Below are positions 1 to 13,250 of a stretch of 64,000 bases of DNA, one piece after another. Below the pieces are notes generated by a model. It made no database searches. It saw only the letters and a program-made list of their open reading frames with translations, and had not been told where the DNA came from. Position 1 is the first letter of the stretch; every line of letters starts with the position of its first letter. The translations under genes and the position numbers were made by a program. Source of the stretch: Eledone cirrhosa (Eukaryota). Location: assembly GCA_964016885.1 (NCBI GenBank), contig OZ024759.1:35898001-35962000 (forward strand), given 5' to 3'.

Positions 1-25
1 AATAATAATAATAAGACACTAGCAT

Positions 26-291
26 AGAAGAAGAAGAAGAAGAAGAAGAAGAAGAAGAAGAAGAAGAAGAAGAAGAAGAAGGCAAAGAAGAAGGCAAAGA
101 AGAAGAAGAAGAAGAAGGCAAAGAAGAAGAAGAAGAAGAAGAAGAAGAAGAAGAAGGCAAAGAAGAAGAAGAAGAAGGCAAAGAAGAAGAAGGCAAAGAA
201 GAAGAAGAAGAAGAAGGCAAAGAAGAAGAAGAAGAAGAAGAAGAAGAAGAAGAAGAAGAAGAAGAAGGCGAAGAAGGCAAAGAAGAAGAAG

Positions 292-323
<32 letters not shown>

Positions 324-1568
324 GAAGAAGAAGAAGAAGAAGGCAAAGAAGAAGAAGAAGAAGGCAAAGAAGAAGAAGAAGAAGAAGGCAAAGAAGAAGA
401 AGAAGAAGGCAAAGAAGAAGAAGAAGAAGAAGAAGAAGAAGAAGAAGAAGAAGAAGAAGGCGAAGAAGGCAAAGAAGAAGAAGAAGAAGAAGAAGAAGAA
501 GAAGAAGAAGAAGGCAAAGAAGAAGAAGAAGAAGAAGAAGGCAAAGAAGAAGAAGAAGAAGAAGAAGAAGAAGAAGAAGAAGAAGAAGAAGGCAAAGAAG
601 AAGAAGAAGAAGAAGAAGAAGAAGAAGAAGAAGAAGAAGAAGGCAAAGAAGAAGAAGAAGAAGAAGAAGAAGAAGAAGAAGGCAAAGAAGAAGAAGAAGA
701 AGAAGAAGAAGAAGAAGAAGGCAAAGAAGAAGAAGAAGAAGAAGAAGAAGAAGAAGAAGAAGAAGAAGAAGAAGAAGGCAAAGAAGAAGAAGAAGAAGAA
801 GAAGAAGAAGAAGAAGAAGAAGAAGAAGAAGAAGGCAAAGAAGAAGAAGAAGAAGAAGAAGAAGAAGAAGAAGAAGAAGGCAAAGAAGAAGAAGAAGAAG
901 AAGAAGAAGAAGGCGAAGAAGGCAAAGAAGAAGAAGAAGAAGGCAAAGAAGAAGAAGAAGAAGAAGGCAAAGAAGAAGAAGAAGAAGGCAAAGAAGAAGA
1001 AGAAGAAGAAGAAGAAGAAGAAGAAGAAGAAGAAGAAGAAGGCAAAGAAGGCAAAGAAGAAGAAGAAGAAGAAGAAGAAGAAGAAGAAGAAGAAGAAGGC
1101 AAAGAAGAAGAAGAAGAAGAAGAAGGCAAAGAAGAAGAAGAAGAAGAAGAAGAAGAAGAAGAAGAAGAAGAAGAAGAAGGCAAAGAAGAAGAAGAAGAAG
1201 AAGAAGAAGAAGAAGAAGAAGAAGAAGGCAAAGAAGAAGAAGAAGAAGAAGAAGAAGAAGAAGAAGAAGAAGGCAAAGAAGAAGAAGAAGAAGAAGAAGA
1301 AGAAGAAGAAGAAGAAGAAGAAGAAGAAGGCAAAGAAGAAGAAGAAGAAGAAGAAGAAGAAGAAGAAGAAGAAGAAGAAGAAGAAGAAGAAGAAGGCAAA
1401 GAAGAAGAAGAAGAAGAAGAAGAAGAAGAAGAAGAAGAAGAAGAAGAAGAAGAAGGCAAAGAAGAAGAAGAAGAAGAAGAAGAAGAAGAAGAAGAAGGCA
1501 AAGAAGAAGAAGAAGAAGAAGAAGAAGAAGAAGAAGAAGGCAAAGAAGAAGAAGAAGAAGAAGAAGAA
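26..1568 (+). repeat. About 1.5-kb (GAA)n microsatellite with recurrent GGCAAA interruptions
   Basis: Directly visible; almost pure purine strand. Confidence 0.98.
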
Positions 1569-1912
1569 ATGTGTGCTAGTGCCATGGCAGCAGATGTGAT
1601 AAGAGTTGGATAAACTGCCCAAACTGGTTTCACTTGTTGCTTGTTCTTACACCTGTCTTGGAAATGTCCTGGAATTCAAGACATGAGCCATACCACAGCT
1701 GGGTAACTGTCAGGGCTTGGTACCCAATGAAGGAGATGTCGTTAAGTGACTTTATTTTAATTACAGATTCAATGTTAAGCCGAGGAAAGTCGTTAACTAT
1801 GTTCGAATTGCATCACAGTTATTGCGAGATATTTTATATAATAATGGAAATTATTGTGTACAGTGCTCAGGTGCACTACACTCATCAAAGGTGGATATAT
1901 AGTACATAGAAT

Positions 1913-2092
1913 AATTGTTTCTACTTTTGGCACAAGGCCAGCAATTATATTTAGTGTATTACTGGTACTTTATTTTATTGACCCCGTAAGGATGAAAGGC
2001 AAAGTTAACTTCGCCAAGATTTGAACTCAGATTGGAAAGGGCCGTAACTCTATGCATCAAAGCATGGCGTCCGACCCTCTACCGATACTGCC
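1913..2092 (-). mobile_element. SINE family A copy
   Basis: Reverse complement of the 3471-3683 consensus (gcctttcatcctt..ggggtcgataaaataaagtaccag..tgctggccttgtgcc). Confidence 0.75.
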
Positions 2093-2518
2093 AATAATGT
2101 ACAAATGTCAGGAAAGTGAACAGTGTATGAGTCATGATATACACACAGATAAATGGCTGCGTGTGTATGGAAGGGGAATATCAGGTGTAGTGTTGTCGAA
2201 TTGGGAAGCATGGAGGTTTTGAAGGATGCAGTGTCAAATAACTTGTATAAAACCAAGATTAGCTGGTAACTGATGGGTTGTCACTTCATGAAGGAGTTGA
2301 CACAGGATTGGGCTGGCTGGTGATATACCATAATATATGAGAGTTCTGAGACAGAGATGACACAGGACTGAGTTGTTGTTCATCATCTTCTCTGCCCACT
2401 TATTCCTGAGAGGGTCGTAGAGGGCAGAGTCCTCAAGTGCCCCTGACAAAACCCTCATAAAGGTGGTGACACAGGACTGAGCTGGCTAGTGAGGTACCAT
2501 GATACAAAAGACCTGTCC

Positions 2519-2556
<38 letters not shown>

Positions 2557-2728
2557 ATCATCATCATCATCATCATCATCATCATTTAATGTCTATCTTC
2601 CACGCTAGCATGGGTTAGATGGGAATTGTCCCACTTGAGGCAAGATTGGTCGGGTGACCATGTCTCGCTCATAGCGGACTATCTGGCAGGTTTTCTACGG
2701 CTGGATGCCCTTCTGAACACCATATATA

Positions 2729-2856
2729 TAGTTATGTAATAAACAACATAAGACAATTATTTCAATTACCAAAGGTTTTACGAAGACAGACGAGCCTGTC
2801 TTCGTGAAACCTTTGGTAAATAAAATAATTATCTTATGTTGTTTATTACATAACTA
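2729..2856. repeat. About 128-bp inverted repeat (hairpin element)
   Basis: Arms of about 60 bp around the loop acgagc. The right half reads cagacga-gcctgtcttcgt-GAAAC-ctttg-GTA-aataaa. Confidence 0.85.
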
Positions 2857-2950
2857 AAAAGCTCTGTAACCTACATAGAGCACTCTCTTTTCCTTTACCT
2901 TTCCTACGGAAATACTTCATATATATATATATAAGGTAGATTAGATGAGT

Positions 2951-3007
<57 letters not shown>

Positions 3008-3220
3008 ATGAGAGTGTGTAGCCACAATAAAAGGCATCCAGTGCACTCTGTAGCTTGTGGGAACCTATGTTAGGTGCCCACCCATGCACCCCATGGCCCC
3101 AACCTATCTGAGAGGTCAGTAACACTATTAAATACTGGCTTGGTCTGTCATGACATAACCAACTCTTGTTTGCAGGGGAAATAAAAAACAGACATTAACA
3201 TATTATAATGATATATATAT

Positions 3221-3340
3221 GAAGGCATGTGGCTGAGTGGTTAGAGAACTGGATTCACAATTGTGAGGTTGTCAGTTCGATTGCCAGATCAGGTGATGCG
3301 TTATGTCCTTGAGCAAGACACTTTATTTCACGTTACTCCT
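3221..3340 (+). mobile_element. SINE family B (tRNA-derived head plus CORE-like CCTTGAGCAAGACACTT segment)
   Basis: A box TGGCTGAGTGG and B box GTTCGATT. Other copies at about 32125-32310, 61681-61820 and 62400-62551(-). Confidence 0.75.
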
Positions 3341-3470
3341 TCTACCTGGAGTTGTGACCGATAGATAGTACTAGCAATTGGAAAGACCAACGGAAACATT
3401 GTTTCCTCGGTCCGATCGACAAATTATGTATATATATTTATATTTATATATATTTATTATTAACACAGAT

Positions 3471-3683
3471 TAAGGCAGTGGATTAGCAGAATCAGTGGAG
3501 CGGTGGACAACATGCTTTGCAGCACAGAGTTACGGCCCTTTACGTTCTGAGTTCAAATCCGGCCGAGATCAACTTTGCCTTTCATCCTTACAGGGTTGAT
3601 AACATAAAGTACCAGTAAAACACTGGGGTCGATTTAATCAACTTTCCCCTTTAAATTGCTGGCCTTGTGCCTAACGTAGAAAC
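3471..3683 (+). mobile_element. SINE family A (tRNA-like head, conserved GCCTTTCATCCT..GGGGTCGATAAAATAAAGTACCAG body)
   Basis: B-box-like GAGTTCAAATCC. Similar copies at about 11780-11870, 14450-14630(-), 16175-16282(-), 18143-18250(-), 21921-22100, 33355-33445, 50800-51005, 61420-61600 and 63700-63830. Confidence 0.8.
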
Positions 3684-3805
3684 ACTACCCTACCCTCACC
3701 TCATGAGATCTTGTGAGACAGTTTCAGAAGAATCAGTCGAGGCTGAAACTAGAAATACTTCGCTTAAAGTTTAATCTATACTAATAAATATCTGTTGTAG
3801 GGGTT

Positions 3806-3838
<33 letters not shown>

Positions 3839-3905
3839 GTATGTGTGTGTGTGTATATGTGTGCATATATATATATATGTGTGTGTGTGTGTATGTCCAT
3901 GTGTA

Positions 3906-3937
<32 letters not shown>

Positions 3938-4217
3938 TGTGTGTCTATATATATATATATATGCATGTGTGTGTATATATATATATATGCATGTGTGTGT
4001 ATATATATATATATGCATGTGTGTGTATATATATATATATATGCATGTGTGTATATATATATATATATATGCATGTGTGTGTATATATATATATATACAT
4101 GTGTGTCTGTCAGTGTTTTCAATATTTCAGCCAAAAATTTGTAACATTTCCTTATTTTTTTGTATTATTTCATACTATTTGTTTTATTTATTTGTTTCAG
4201 TATGAGAGAGGGGGGGG

Positions 4218-4272
<55 letters not shown>

Positions 4273-4285
4273 AGATGATGATGTG

Positions 4286-4331
<46 letters not shown>

Positions 4332-4360
4332 AAGAGAGAGAGATATATGATGAGATGATG

Positions 4361-4431
<71 letters not shown>

Positions 4432-4465
4432 TGATGAGATGATGATGTATATATATATGTATATA

Positions 4466-4533
<68 letters not shown>

Positions 4534-4588
4534 ATCAGTGAAATACCATGACAGTGACTAAGGTGAGCCATGACAAGACTGAAGTCTA

Positions 4589-7500
4589 TTAAATTGTTGT
4601 ATAAACATTCCATGTTGGTAGACTGTAAAATACCATCACCACCACCACTACCACCACTACCACCACTACCACCACCACCACTACCACCAATACCACTACC
4701 ACCACTACCACCAATACCATCACCACCACTACCACCACTACCACCAATACCATCACCACCACTACCAATACCACTAATACCATCACCACCACTACCACCA
4801 CTACCACTAATACCACCAATACCATCACTACCACCACCACCACTACCACCACTACCACCAATACCATCACCACCACTACCACCAATACCACCAATAACAC
4901 CACCATCACCATCACTACCAATACCATTATCACCACCACCAATACCATCATCATCATCACCTCTACCACCACCATCATCATCACCACCATCACCCCCCAC
5001 CAATACCACCACCATCACCCCCACCAATACCACCACCATCACCCCCACCAATACCATCATCATCACCACCAATACCATCATCACCCCCACCAATACCACC
5101 ACCATCACCCCCACCAATACCATCATCATCACCACCAATACCATCATCACACCCACCAATACCACCACCATCACCCCCACCAATACTGTCACCATCACCA
5201 GCACTAGTACCTTCACCATCACCCCCACCAATACCATCACCACCATCACCATCATCACCAGCATTAGTACCATTACCCCCCACCAATACCATCATCATCA
5301 CCAACAATACCATCACCATCATCACCAGCACTAGTACCATCACCGTCACCTTCCACCAATACCATCACCCCCCCCCCACCAATACCATCATTATCACCAC
5401 CACCACCATCACCACCATCACCTCTACCAATACCATTACCCCCCCCCCCCAATACCATCAGTAACACAACTCAAAACAGCAACAACAACAACAGTAGAAA
5501 CAGCAGTAACTCAAACAACATCAGCAGTAACAACAACAACTACAACAACAAAACCAGTTTTTTTACCCCTCACAAAAAAACAAGTTTTTACATTCCCCGT
5601 TTCTGCCTAAACGAAACAAATTAGTAAACATTTCCTTTAGTCCAGAACAAACAACTGAGGGGAAATATTTGACAAAGATTTCTGCTGCACCTTTCTTATT
5701 ATAACTGACTGCAATAGAGAGATGGAGAGATGGGAGATAACATAACGAAGGACAGTGTTGAGGACACTGCCTCCCACCCCCACAGGAATAAGTGGGTGAA
5801 GAAGAAGAAGGCAAAGAAGAAGAAGACTACTCCAACATTACATGAAGCAGCTCTCACTTGTGGTAATACAGGTGAGATGAAAGTCAGGTCTGAGGTCGTT
5901 GAGAGACAACAATTTATGATATTTCTGCTGACATGACAGTATTTCTAATGAAATACTCACTATTTTAATTACCCTATATGCTGGCATGGTAACCTACCCT
6001 ACAGTAACCAACCCTATGATAATCTACCCCTTGATAACCTACCCTATGGTAACCTACCCTATGGTAAGCTACCCTATGGTAACCTACCCTATGGTAACCA
6101 ACCCTATGGTAACCTACCCTATGGTAACCTACCCTATGGTAACCAACCCTATGGTAACCTACCCTATGGTAACCTACCCTATGGTAACCTACCCTATGGT
6201 AACCTACCCTATTATAACCACCCCTATGGTAACCTACCCTATGGTAAGCTACCCTATGGTAACCTACCCTATGGTAACCTACCCTATGGTAACCAACCCT
6301 ATGGTAACCTACCCTATGGTAACCTACCCTATGGTAACCTACCCTATGGTAACCTACCCTATGGTAACCTACCCTATGAGCTACAGCAAGTCATTGATAT
6401 TATAATCTCTACGTTAAATAAACTTAACAAATATGAGATTCAGTAGGAAATACTTGTGGTGGTCTGCTGGAGTGATGGTAAGTGGTGTACAACAAGTGTT
6501 AGGCAGGCAGTTTCACTGTTTACCCCTCAGTGGTAAAGGTTCACATTTTATATTCAGTGGACAAGTCGACCCCTAGTTTTGGAGAGATACTTTAGGCTCC
6601 AAATGTCGACCTGTACGCCAGCATAAACAGTAATTAATTAATGAAGAATTTCAAGACATTCTTATTTCAACTGCAAGAGCTCAGCCATTGGGCCCCAAAC
6701 TCTTTCTAATATAACCATACTCTACTATCCCAAGTAATGAGTAGTCTGTGGAATAATGGTCTAACTAGTTTAATACTGGTTTAATCCTGATACACACACA
6801 CACATATCATCATCATCATTGCTTTTACATCCGCTTTACTATGCTTGCATGGGTTAGAGAAGTCCACCACCACCACTACCAACACCACCTTCACCACCAA
6901 CACCATCACCACCAACACCATCACCACCATCACCACCATCACCACCACCACCATCACCACCACCACCACCATCACCGCCATCATCACCATCACCACCATC
7001 ACCATCACCACCAACACCATCACCACCACCACCACCACTACCACCACCACCACCACTGCTACTACTACTAACAAGACATTTCTCCCACAAATGTTTTATT
7101 TTGTGTTTATCTGAAAATTTGTTATGACATGTTTTGACTTTTACATGATTTGACACTGGACAGGTTATATAACATATTTGTGGTGACATTTCTGATGTGT
7201 CAATGTATCTACATACACACACACACTCACACACACTCACACACACTCACACACACATACTCTCACACTCATACACATATATGTATGTATTTTTTAAAAC
7301 TTTTCTGTGGAGAAAGAAACTCCTAGTCTTCATTAAGACATCTCATTAGAAGGTCACTTTGATGTAAAACCTGCCACTTTGTTTGCATCCAATGGTGTAG
7401 ACCAGTTCTTTTTGGGTAAATGTGATCAGAGAGTGGGATTGGCCCCGTGAAAAGCCTTTCCTCACTTAAAAAAAGCTTCAAGCACAGGCATCGCTTGATA

Positions 7501-8641
7501 TGTGACAATTTTTTTGCAATGCATGGCATTGCTGGCCACAGGCAAGTCCTTAGCAGGACTAAAAAGCCACGTCCGTGATGCTCATACTTAAGTATCAAGC
7601 GATGGCATTACTTGAAATCAAGTTGCAGCCATCATATATATATATATATTCCCCGTGTAGGTAAAAAGCTCCCAGTCCACACTGTAAATGTGGTTGGTGT
7701 TAGGAAGGGCATCCAGCCGTAGAAAACCTGCCAGACAGTCCTATGCGAGCAAGACACGGTCACCCGACCAATCTTGCCTCAAGCATGGAAAATAAACACT
7801 AAACAATGATGAGCTGTAAAGTGGACGTGTAGGTGCCATGGAAAAAAAAAAGTACCCAGCCCACACTGTAAATGAGGTTGGTATTAGGAAGGGCATCCAG
7901 CTGTAGAAATCAAGCCAGAATCAGTTCCCATCCCACCCTTGCAAGCAGGGAAAAAACGGACATAAAAAATACAAAAAATACAGGGTTGTGTAGCTCAAAG
8001 TAGATTTAACAATAAGGATATGACATGTAGGACTTTATATACAAATATGCAGGGTTGTATATCTCAAAGTAGATTTAACAATAAGGATATGACATGTAGG
8101 ACTTTATATACAAATATACAGGGTTGTATATCTCAAAGTAGATTTAACAATAAGGATATGACATGTAGGACTTTATATACAAATATACAGGGTTGAGGCA
8201 GTGTTGAGTGAGTCTCACAGACAAACATGGTTCCATTATGTCATTCTAGCAAAGAACATCGGCCACATATAGAAAAACTAAGAATTACAGAACTCTGATA
8301 TGGATATTGTTCTAATGACTATCATCTGCTCTTTATATACACGCATGTATACATACATATATACATACACACATATATATATATGCATATATATATATGT
8401 GTGTGTGTGTGTGAGTATACATATATGTATACATACATATACACACACATACATACATATATACATATATATGTGTGTGTGTGTATACTTATATATATAC
8501 ATCTATATGCATATATATGTATATTCATGTATGTATGTATATATATATACACATACACAGGATGTCCCAAAATATGTATACATACTTCAGCAGCATTCTA
8601 ATAAATATGTGTATACATTTTTTGGGAAATCCTGTGTGTGT

Positions 8642-8684
<43 letters not shown>

Positions 8685-9030
8685 TACATACATATACACA
8701 CACATATATATATATATATATATACACACACATACATATATAGACATATACATACATACACAAATGTGTGTGTGTGTAAGAAGTGAATAAATGAGGTGTT
8801 AACATACTTAAAATGCATACAAAACTGTCTTCCTTCATTGTTACACATACATTTACCCCCACCTCCCTACATATCTAGCTCCCTACATACACCCCCTACA
8901 TACTCACCCCCTACATACTCACACCCCACACTTACCTCCCCCTGCTTATCCACTTAACCACCCACTAACCTAATTGTTTACCTATGTTAATACATACAAT
9001 TACACATATGTATATATATATATATGCATA

Positions 9031-9074
<44 letters not shown>

Positions 9075-9145
9075 CAGACATACATATATATCAGTATATA
9101 TATATATGCGTATACATGTATCTGTTTATATATAAATATATACAT

Positions 9146-9179
<34 letters not shown>

Positions 9180-9185
9180 ATACAC

Positions 9186-9284
<99 letters not shown>

Positions 9285-9295
9285 TACATATATAC

Positions 9296-9370
<75 letters not shown>

Positions 9371-9501
9371 TACATACATATATATATACATACATATATA
9401 TATACATATATACGAAGTCACATCCATATGTTTTAATAAACATTTATTTAGTCTCGCTATGATGGTAGAGTGCCACAGAGACCACAGAGGGATGTCAACA
9501 G
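4589..9501 (-). CDS. Candidate spliced minus-strand gene, unknown product (5' end not found)
   Basis: Five unique islands with AG/GT borders splice in phase to an open frame: 9501-9414, 7208-7073, 5927-5858, 5708-5567 and 4622-4589 (stop). No recognisable homology. Confidence 0.3.
4630..5460. repeat. (ACC/ATC)-rich degenerate trinucleotide repeat
   Basis: Visible; the source of the spurious Pro/Thr/Gly/Val ORFs. Similar tract at 6864-7070. Confidence 0.95.
5985..6378. repeat. 15-bp minisatellite (ATGGTAACCTACCCT), about 26 copies
   Basis: Visible; gives the MVTYP pseudo-ORF. Confidence 0.95.
7300..7635 (+). mobile_element. Degenerate RTE-type LINE 3' fragment beside (AT)n
   Basis: Ends in [11 protein letters not shown] (C2H2-like RTE C-terminus) followed by cttgaaatcaagttgcagccatc(AT)n. 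Same family as 18310-18746. Confidence 0.6.
7670..7812 (+). mobile_element. Short element C sharing the 3' UTR/tail of the RTE LINE
   Basis: cacactgtaaatgtggttggtgttaggaagggcatcc..gtagaaaacctgccagacagtcctatgcgagcaagac is nearly identical to the reverse complement of 43890-43968. Related copies at about 2560-2720(-), 7855-7965, 13320-13500(-), 41940-42000 and 50100-50300. Confidence 0.75.
7975..8195. repeat. 69-bp tandem repeat, about 3 copies
   Basis: cagggttg recurs at 7981, 8050, 8119 and 8188. Confidence 0.92.
8335..9412. repeat. (AT)n/(AC)n microsatellite field
   Basis: Visible. Similar fields at 2920-3006, 3807-4530 and many intronic sites. Confidence 0.95.
8557..8636. mobile_element. 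Tc1/mariner-like MITE (short)
   Basis: Imperfect terminal inverted repeats acaggatgtcccaaaa.atgtataca / tgtatacattttttgggaaatcctgt, within (TA)/(CA) repeats. Confidence 0.55.
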
Positions 9502-9795
9502 CTAGGCATTTTAATACATAGATTCATACATGCAGGCTCGATTAAAGGGTTTGGGGTTGAGGGTGGAACAGGGGTGCCAGTAATGGTATTTACCAAGGGC
9601 TGGGATCCACCCCTACTCAAAACCCCCATCCCTCCACCTGTCATCATTAAAATATTTATACATACATATATATATATATATATGTATATACTGAATTACA
9701 GAAACCACAATTGTATATAGTAAGTGCTGGGTGTATAGCTGTGTGTGTCTAAATGTGTATAAAAGTAAGTTTATCATTTATGAATGAAACACTCA

Positions 9796-9834
<39 letters not shown>

Positions 9835-9839
<5 letters not shown>

Positions 9840-9938
9840 GGTGTCCCCCAAAAATGTATACAAACTTCAACAGCATTTTAATAAATATTGCCTGTACAGG
9901 TAATCAAAGCATGTATACATATTTTAGGACACCCTATA
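9835..9938. mobile_element. Tc1/mariner-like MITE, TA-flanked
   Basis: ta-cagggtgtcccccaaaaatgtatac ... gtatacatattttaggacacccta-ta. Internal sequence shared with 8557-8636. Confidence 0.65.
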
Positions 9939-10187
9939 TATATATATGTATATATATATATATAGAATATAAAACGAAAAATCAGTGATGCATCTGAACT
10001 CAATTTATTGTGGGTTACAATTGTTTCCCCGGCAGACAGCTCGAGACGCGATCATTGTGTGGATCTGTCTGATTCTGGACCCGCAGGTTCGACAGACACG
10101 TCTAATGATTTCGGAGCATATTGTCTCACTGGGGTATCTGACCCTCTGGGCCAGTACCGTCAAAAACTATATATATATATATATATA

Positions 10188-10287
10188 TCCACAATAGTTA
10201 GTAAACCATTTCTGAGGACAATTTGTTTCACCTTCCTGTTAAGGTGAAACAAATTGTCCTTGGAAATGGTTTACTAACTATTGTGGA
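10188..10287. repeat. 100-bp inverted repeat (hairpin element) beside (AT)n
   Basis: tccacaatagttagtaaaccattt..gtttcacctt-cctgtt-aaggtGAAACaaattGTC..aaatggtttactaactattgtgga. Confidence 0.88.
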
Positions 10288-10370
10288 ACTACTAGTCCCC
10301 TCCTACTACGGATATAAGCCACCAGTGTTCTACAATATATATATATATGTGTGTGTGTGTATATATATAT

Positions 10371-10406
<36 letters not shown>

Positions 10407-11889
10407 TCCTATCTACCAAATTTACCTCACAAGATTTTGGTCTAGTTGAGATTATAGTTGAAAATATTTCCACAATATGCTAGCACGTGGCATTGAACCT
10501 GATATATCGAAGCTACTAAACAAATGTCTTAAACCACACAGCCATGCCAACACTCCAAAGTTGCAGGACAACTAAAACCCTTAGTGGAAATATACTACAT
10601 GCTACCAAGTCATACTTAATTGTGAGTTAAGGGTGTAGTTTTATAACGACATAGATGAATTCATAGGGAAATAGAGAGTGGAAGAAATCACACAGATAGT
10701 TAGAAGTCACATAAAACTAAACAATAAAACAGGATGGGAAAATAGGAAAAATAATGACAAGAATACTGAGAAAAGGAAATATTGTTTTATATATAGAATA
10801 TATTAAACTAGAAAACCCCCTCAATATATATAGTGGAAGGAAGACTACAGAAGACATGGGCGGAGGTGGTGAGAGCTGATCTCAGGTAGTTGAAGCTCAC
10901 AGAGGAGATGACGAAGGACCGTGACAAATGGAGAGATGTTGTATAGGACCCGTCCCACCCTTGTAAGCAGGGAAAAGCTGACATAAAATGATGATGATGG
11001 AAGCCATAAATAGTTGATTTAGGTTTATTTAAAACCCTGTTATATTTCAAATGTTTATAGTATCTTTACTGGTAGACAGATTGTTGTGAAAATTTGCAGT
11101 AAATACTTCAATTTTTAATGTGATGCAGTCATAGTGTTGTTTTGTACTTTTCAAAAATGTCTTGCTAATATGGTCCTGGTTCATGTGGCACAGGATTTTA
11201 AGAGTTAAAGAGTTCCTATTTAAATTTTAAGTCTTCCAGCATAATTTTATATACGAACCATTTGTTAAGCTATGCTAAAAATACCAGCCTCTGCCAGACA
11301 GTTCTGGGTCAGTTTTAGGTAATTTGATATCAAAAGAGTTAATAACAAAATAATTAATTTTAGTAACTCTCTCTTAATTGTTTAATAATTAATTAAAATG
11401 CATTGTTTTTTTTTTCATTAGAAATATGGTCAGGAAAGAGTTAAAGTAGGTGTCAGCTTAACTGAGACAGAAATAGAAATTTAATTAATTCACATATGCT
11501 CTGTTGAGAGAAATGAGATTAATTAAGACAATTATTCACATGAACAACAATAAGGCTGTTGCTGTGAAGAGATTTAATGTATGGAATATTACAAAATATA
11601 AACTAGAAATAATTTATGAGAAAAACAAAACATTAGTTCATGACTAATAATTAATTTTTTATTTTTCTCTCAATCATGGGAGACAACTCTAGCCATGTTT
11701 CTACTCTTGTGTTTTTCTGGCTTCATCAGTAATGTGTAGTCTCTCTTTACAAAGATTTTTATCATTATTATTATTGTTTCTTTGCCTTTCATCCTAACGG
11801 GGTCGATAAAATAAAGTACCAGTAATACACTAGGATAATTGCTGGCCTTGTGCCTAAAAGTAGAAACAATTATTATTATTGTTTAACAA

Positions 11890-12190
11890 ATGGGGTTCCT
11901 CTGAAGGGTCTTTGTAGCAAAGTTACTCGATAAAGTGCGTAGCTCAGAGATCAGAGAGTCACTCCAGGTAGAGCTGCTATTTCTCCGAATTGAGAGATCA
12001 CAGCTCTGATACTATAGACATGTGGTTAGAATGTCTCAGGAAAGAATCACTGGACAGATTTTATGGGCAAAACCAACTGGCAGGAGACCCAGGGGTAGAC
12101 CCAAGCAAGATGGTTGGATAACATCCATGAGCTTGGCTGGTCTCACTTGGGGATCCAGCTGGATCAGTTGGAGACGGTGGCTTCTGACAG
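11890..12190 (+). mobile_element. RTE-like LINE C-terminal fragment
   Basis: Encodes degenerate HVVRMSQERITGQILWAKPTGRRPRGRPKQRWLDNI. Related pieces at about 13690-13920, 27245-27350(-) and 63833-64000. Confidence 0.7.
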
Positions 12191-12695
12191 AGCTATTGTA
12201 GTGAGGAAACTATGCTAGCCCTTTATTACTATGTATAGACTGTGTAAGAGGGAGCTATTGTAGCCCTGTATTACTAGGTATAGAGGGAGCTATGTTAGCC
12301 CTTTATTACTATGTATAGACTGTGTAAGAGGGAGCTATTGTAGCCCTGTATTACTAAGTATAGAGGGAGCTATGTTAGCCCTTTATTACTATGTATAGAC
12401 TGTGTAAGAGGGAGCTATTGTAGCCCTGTATTACTAAGTATAGAGGGAGCTATGCTAGCCCTTTATTACTATGTATAGACTGTGTAAGAGGGAGCTATTG
12501 TAGCCCTGTATTACTAGGTAGTGAGGGAGCTATTGTAGCCCTGTATTACTAGGTATAGAGGGAGCTATGCTAGCCCTTTATTACTATGTATAGACTGTGT
12601 AAGAGGGAGCTATTGTAGCCCTGTATTACTAGGTACAAAAGGAGCTATGGTAGCCCTTTATTACTAGGTACAGACTATGTAAGAGGAAGTTATAG
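12190..12695. repeat. 80-bp composite tandem repeat (related 35- and 45-bp subunits)
   Basis: tgtgtaagag recurs at 12241, 12321, 12401 and 12481. Confidence 0.9.
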
Positions 12696-13217
12696 ACGCC
12701 ATGTACTATTAAAACTAGGTTCAACATATATAATATAGGTCGTACTTTGTATAATTGCAGAACTTAATTGCAATTTACATTGAATATTTTTTTAGTTGTA
12801 AAGATAATCAATTCTCTTTATCGAACTAAAATATATATTATCAGGAAAATGATATTTATCGATAACCGATATTTTTTTCTTTTAAGGGGCAAGGGAGAAA
12901 ACTCTAGATATTTTGTTTTTATTTTATTTTCCGAATTTGTTTTTTCTGTTTGTCTGGCTTTATCAGTGAGTTTATAACTTACCATATTAGTAACAAATGA
13001 CTAAGCCGACATAACCGATATATTATCAATATATCCTGCACCCCATGGTGTCCTACTCAAATCCTTGTTACCTCATGCTGTTTGACAAACATATAAATGA
13101 AGTAATGCTGGCGGAATGTGTTTTAAATTACAATAAATGTTGGAAATAATCCAACACACCCTGCAGTGTAAACTACATGGAATTGACTGCCAAATAGTAA
13201 TACTGTACATCTGTGTG

Positions 13218-13250
<33 letters not shown>

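Noticed and set aside
3776-9521. Many YIYI/CVCV/HTHT, poly-Pro/Thr/His and MVTYP ORFs in the ORF track
   Set aside because: They are translations of micro- and minisatellites, with no coding context.
11676-11735. Minus-strand CTGATGA..GAAAC..GTC hammerhead
   Set aside because: The core words are in order, but stems I and II do not pair; at best a decayed remnant.
13072-13186. Selenocysteine (in-frame TGA) exon on the minus strand
   Set aside because: No homology, no SECIS identified, and stops in all three frames; more likely UTR or non-coding.
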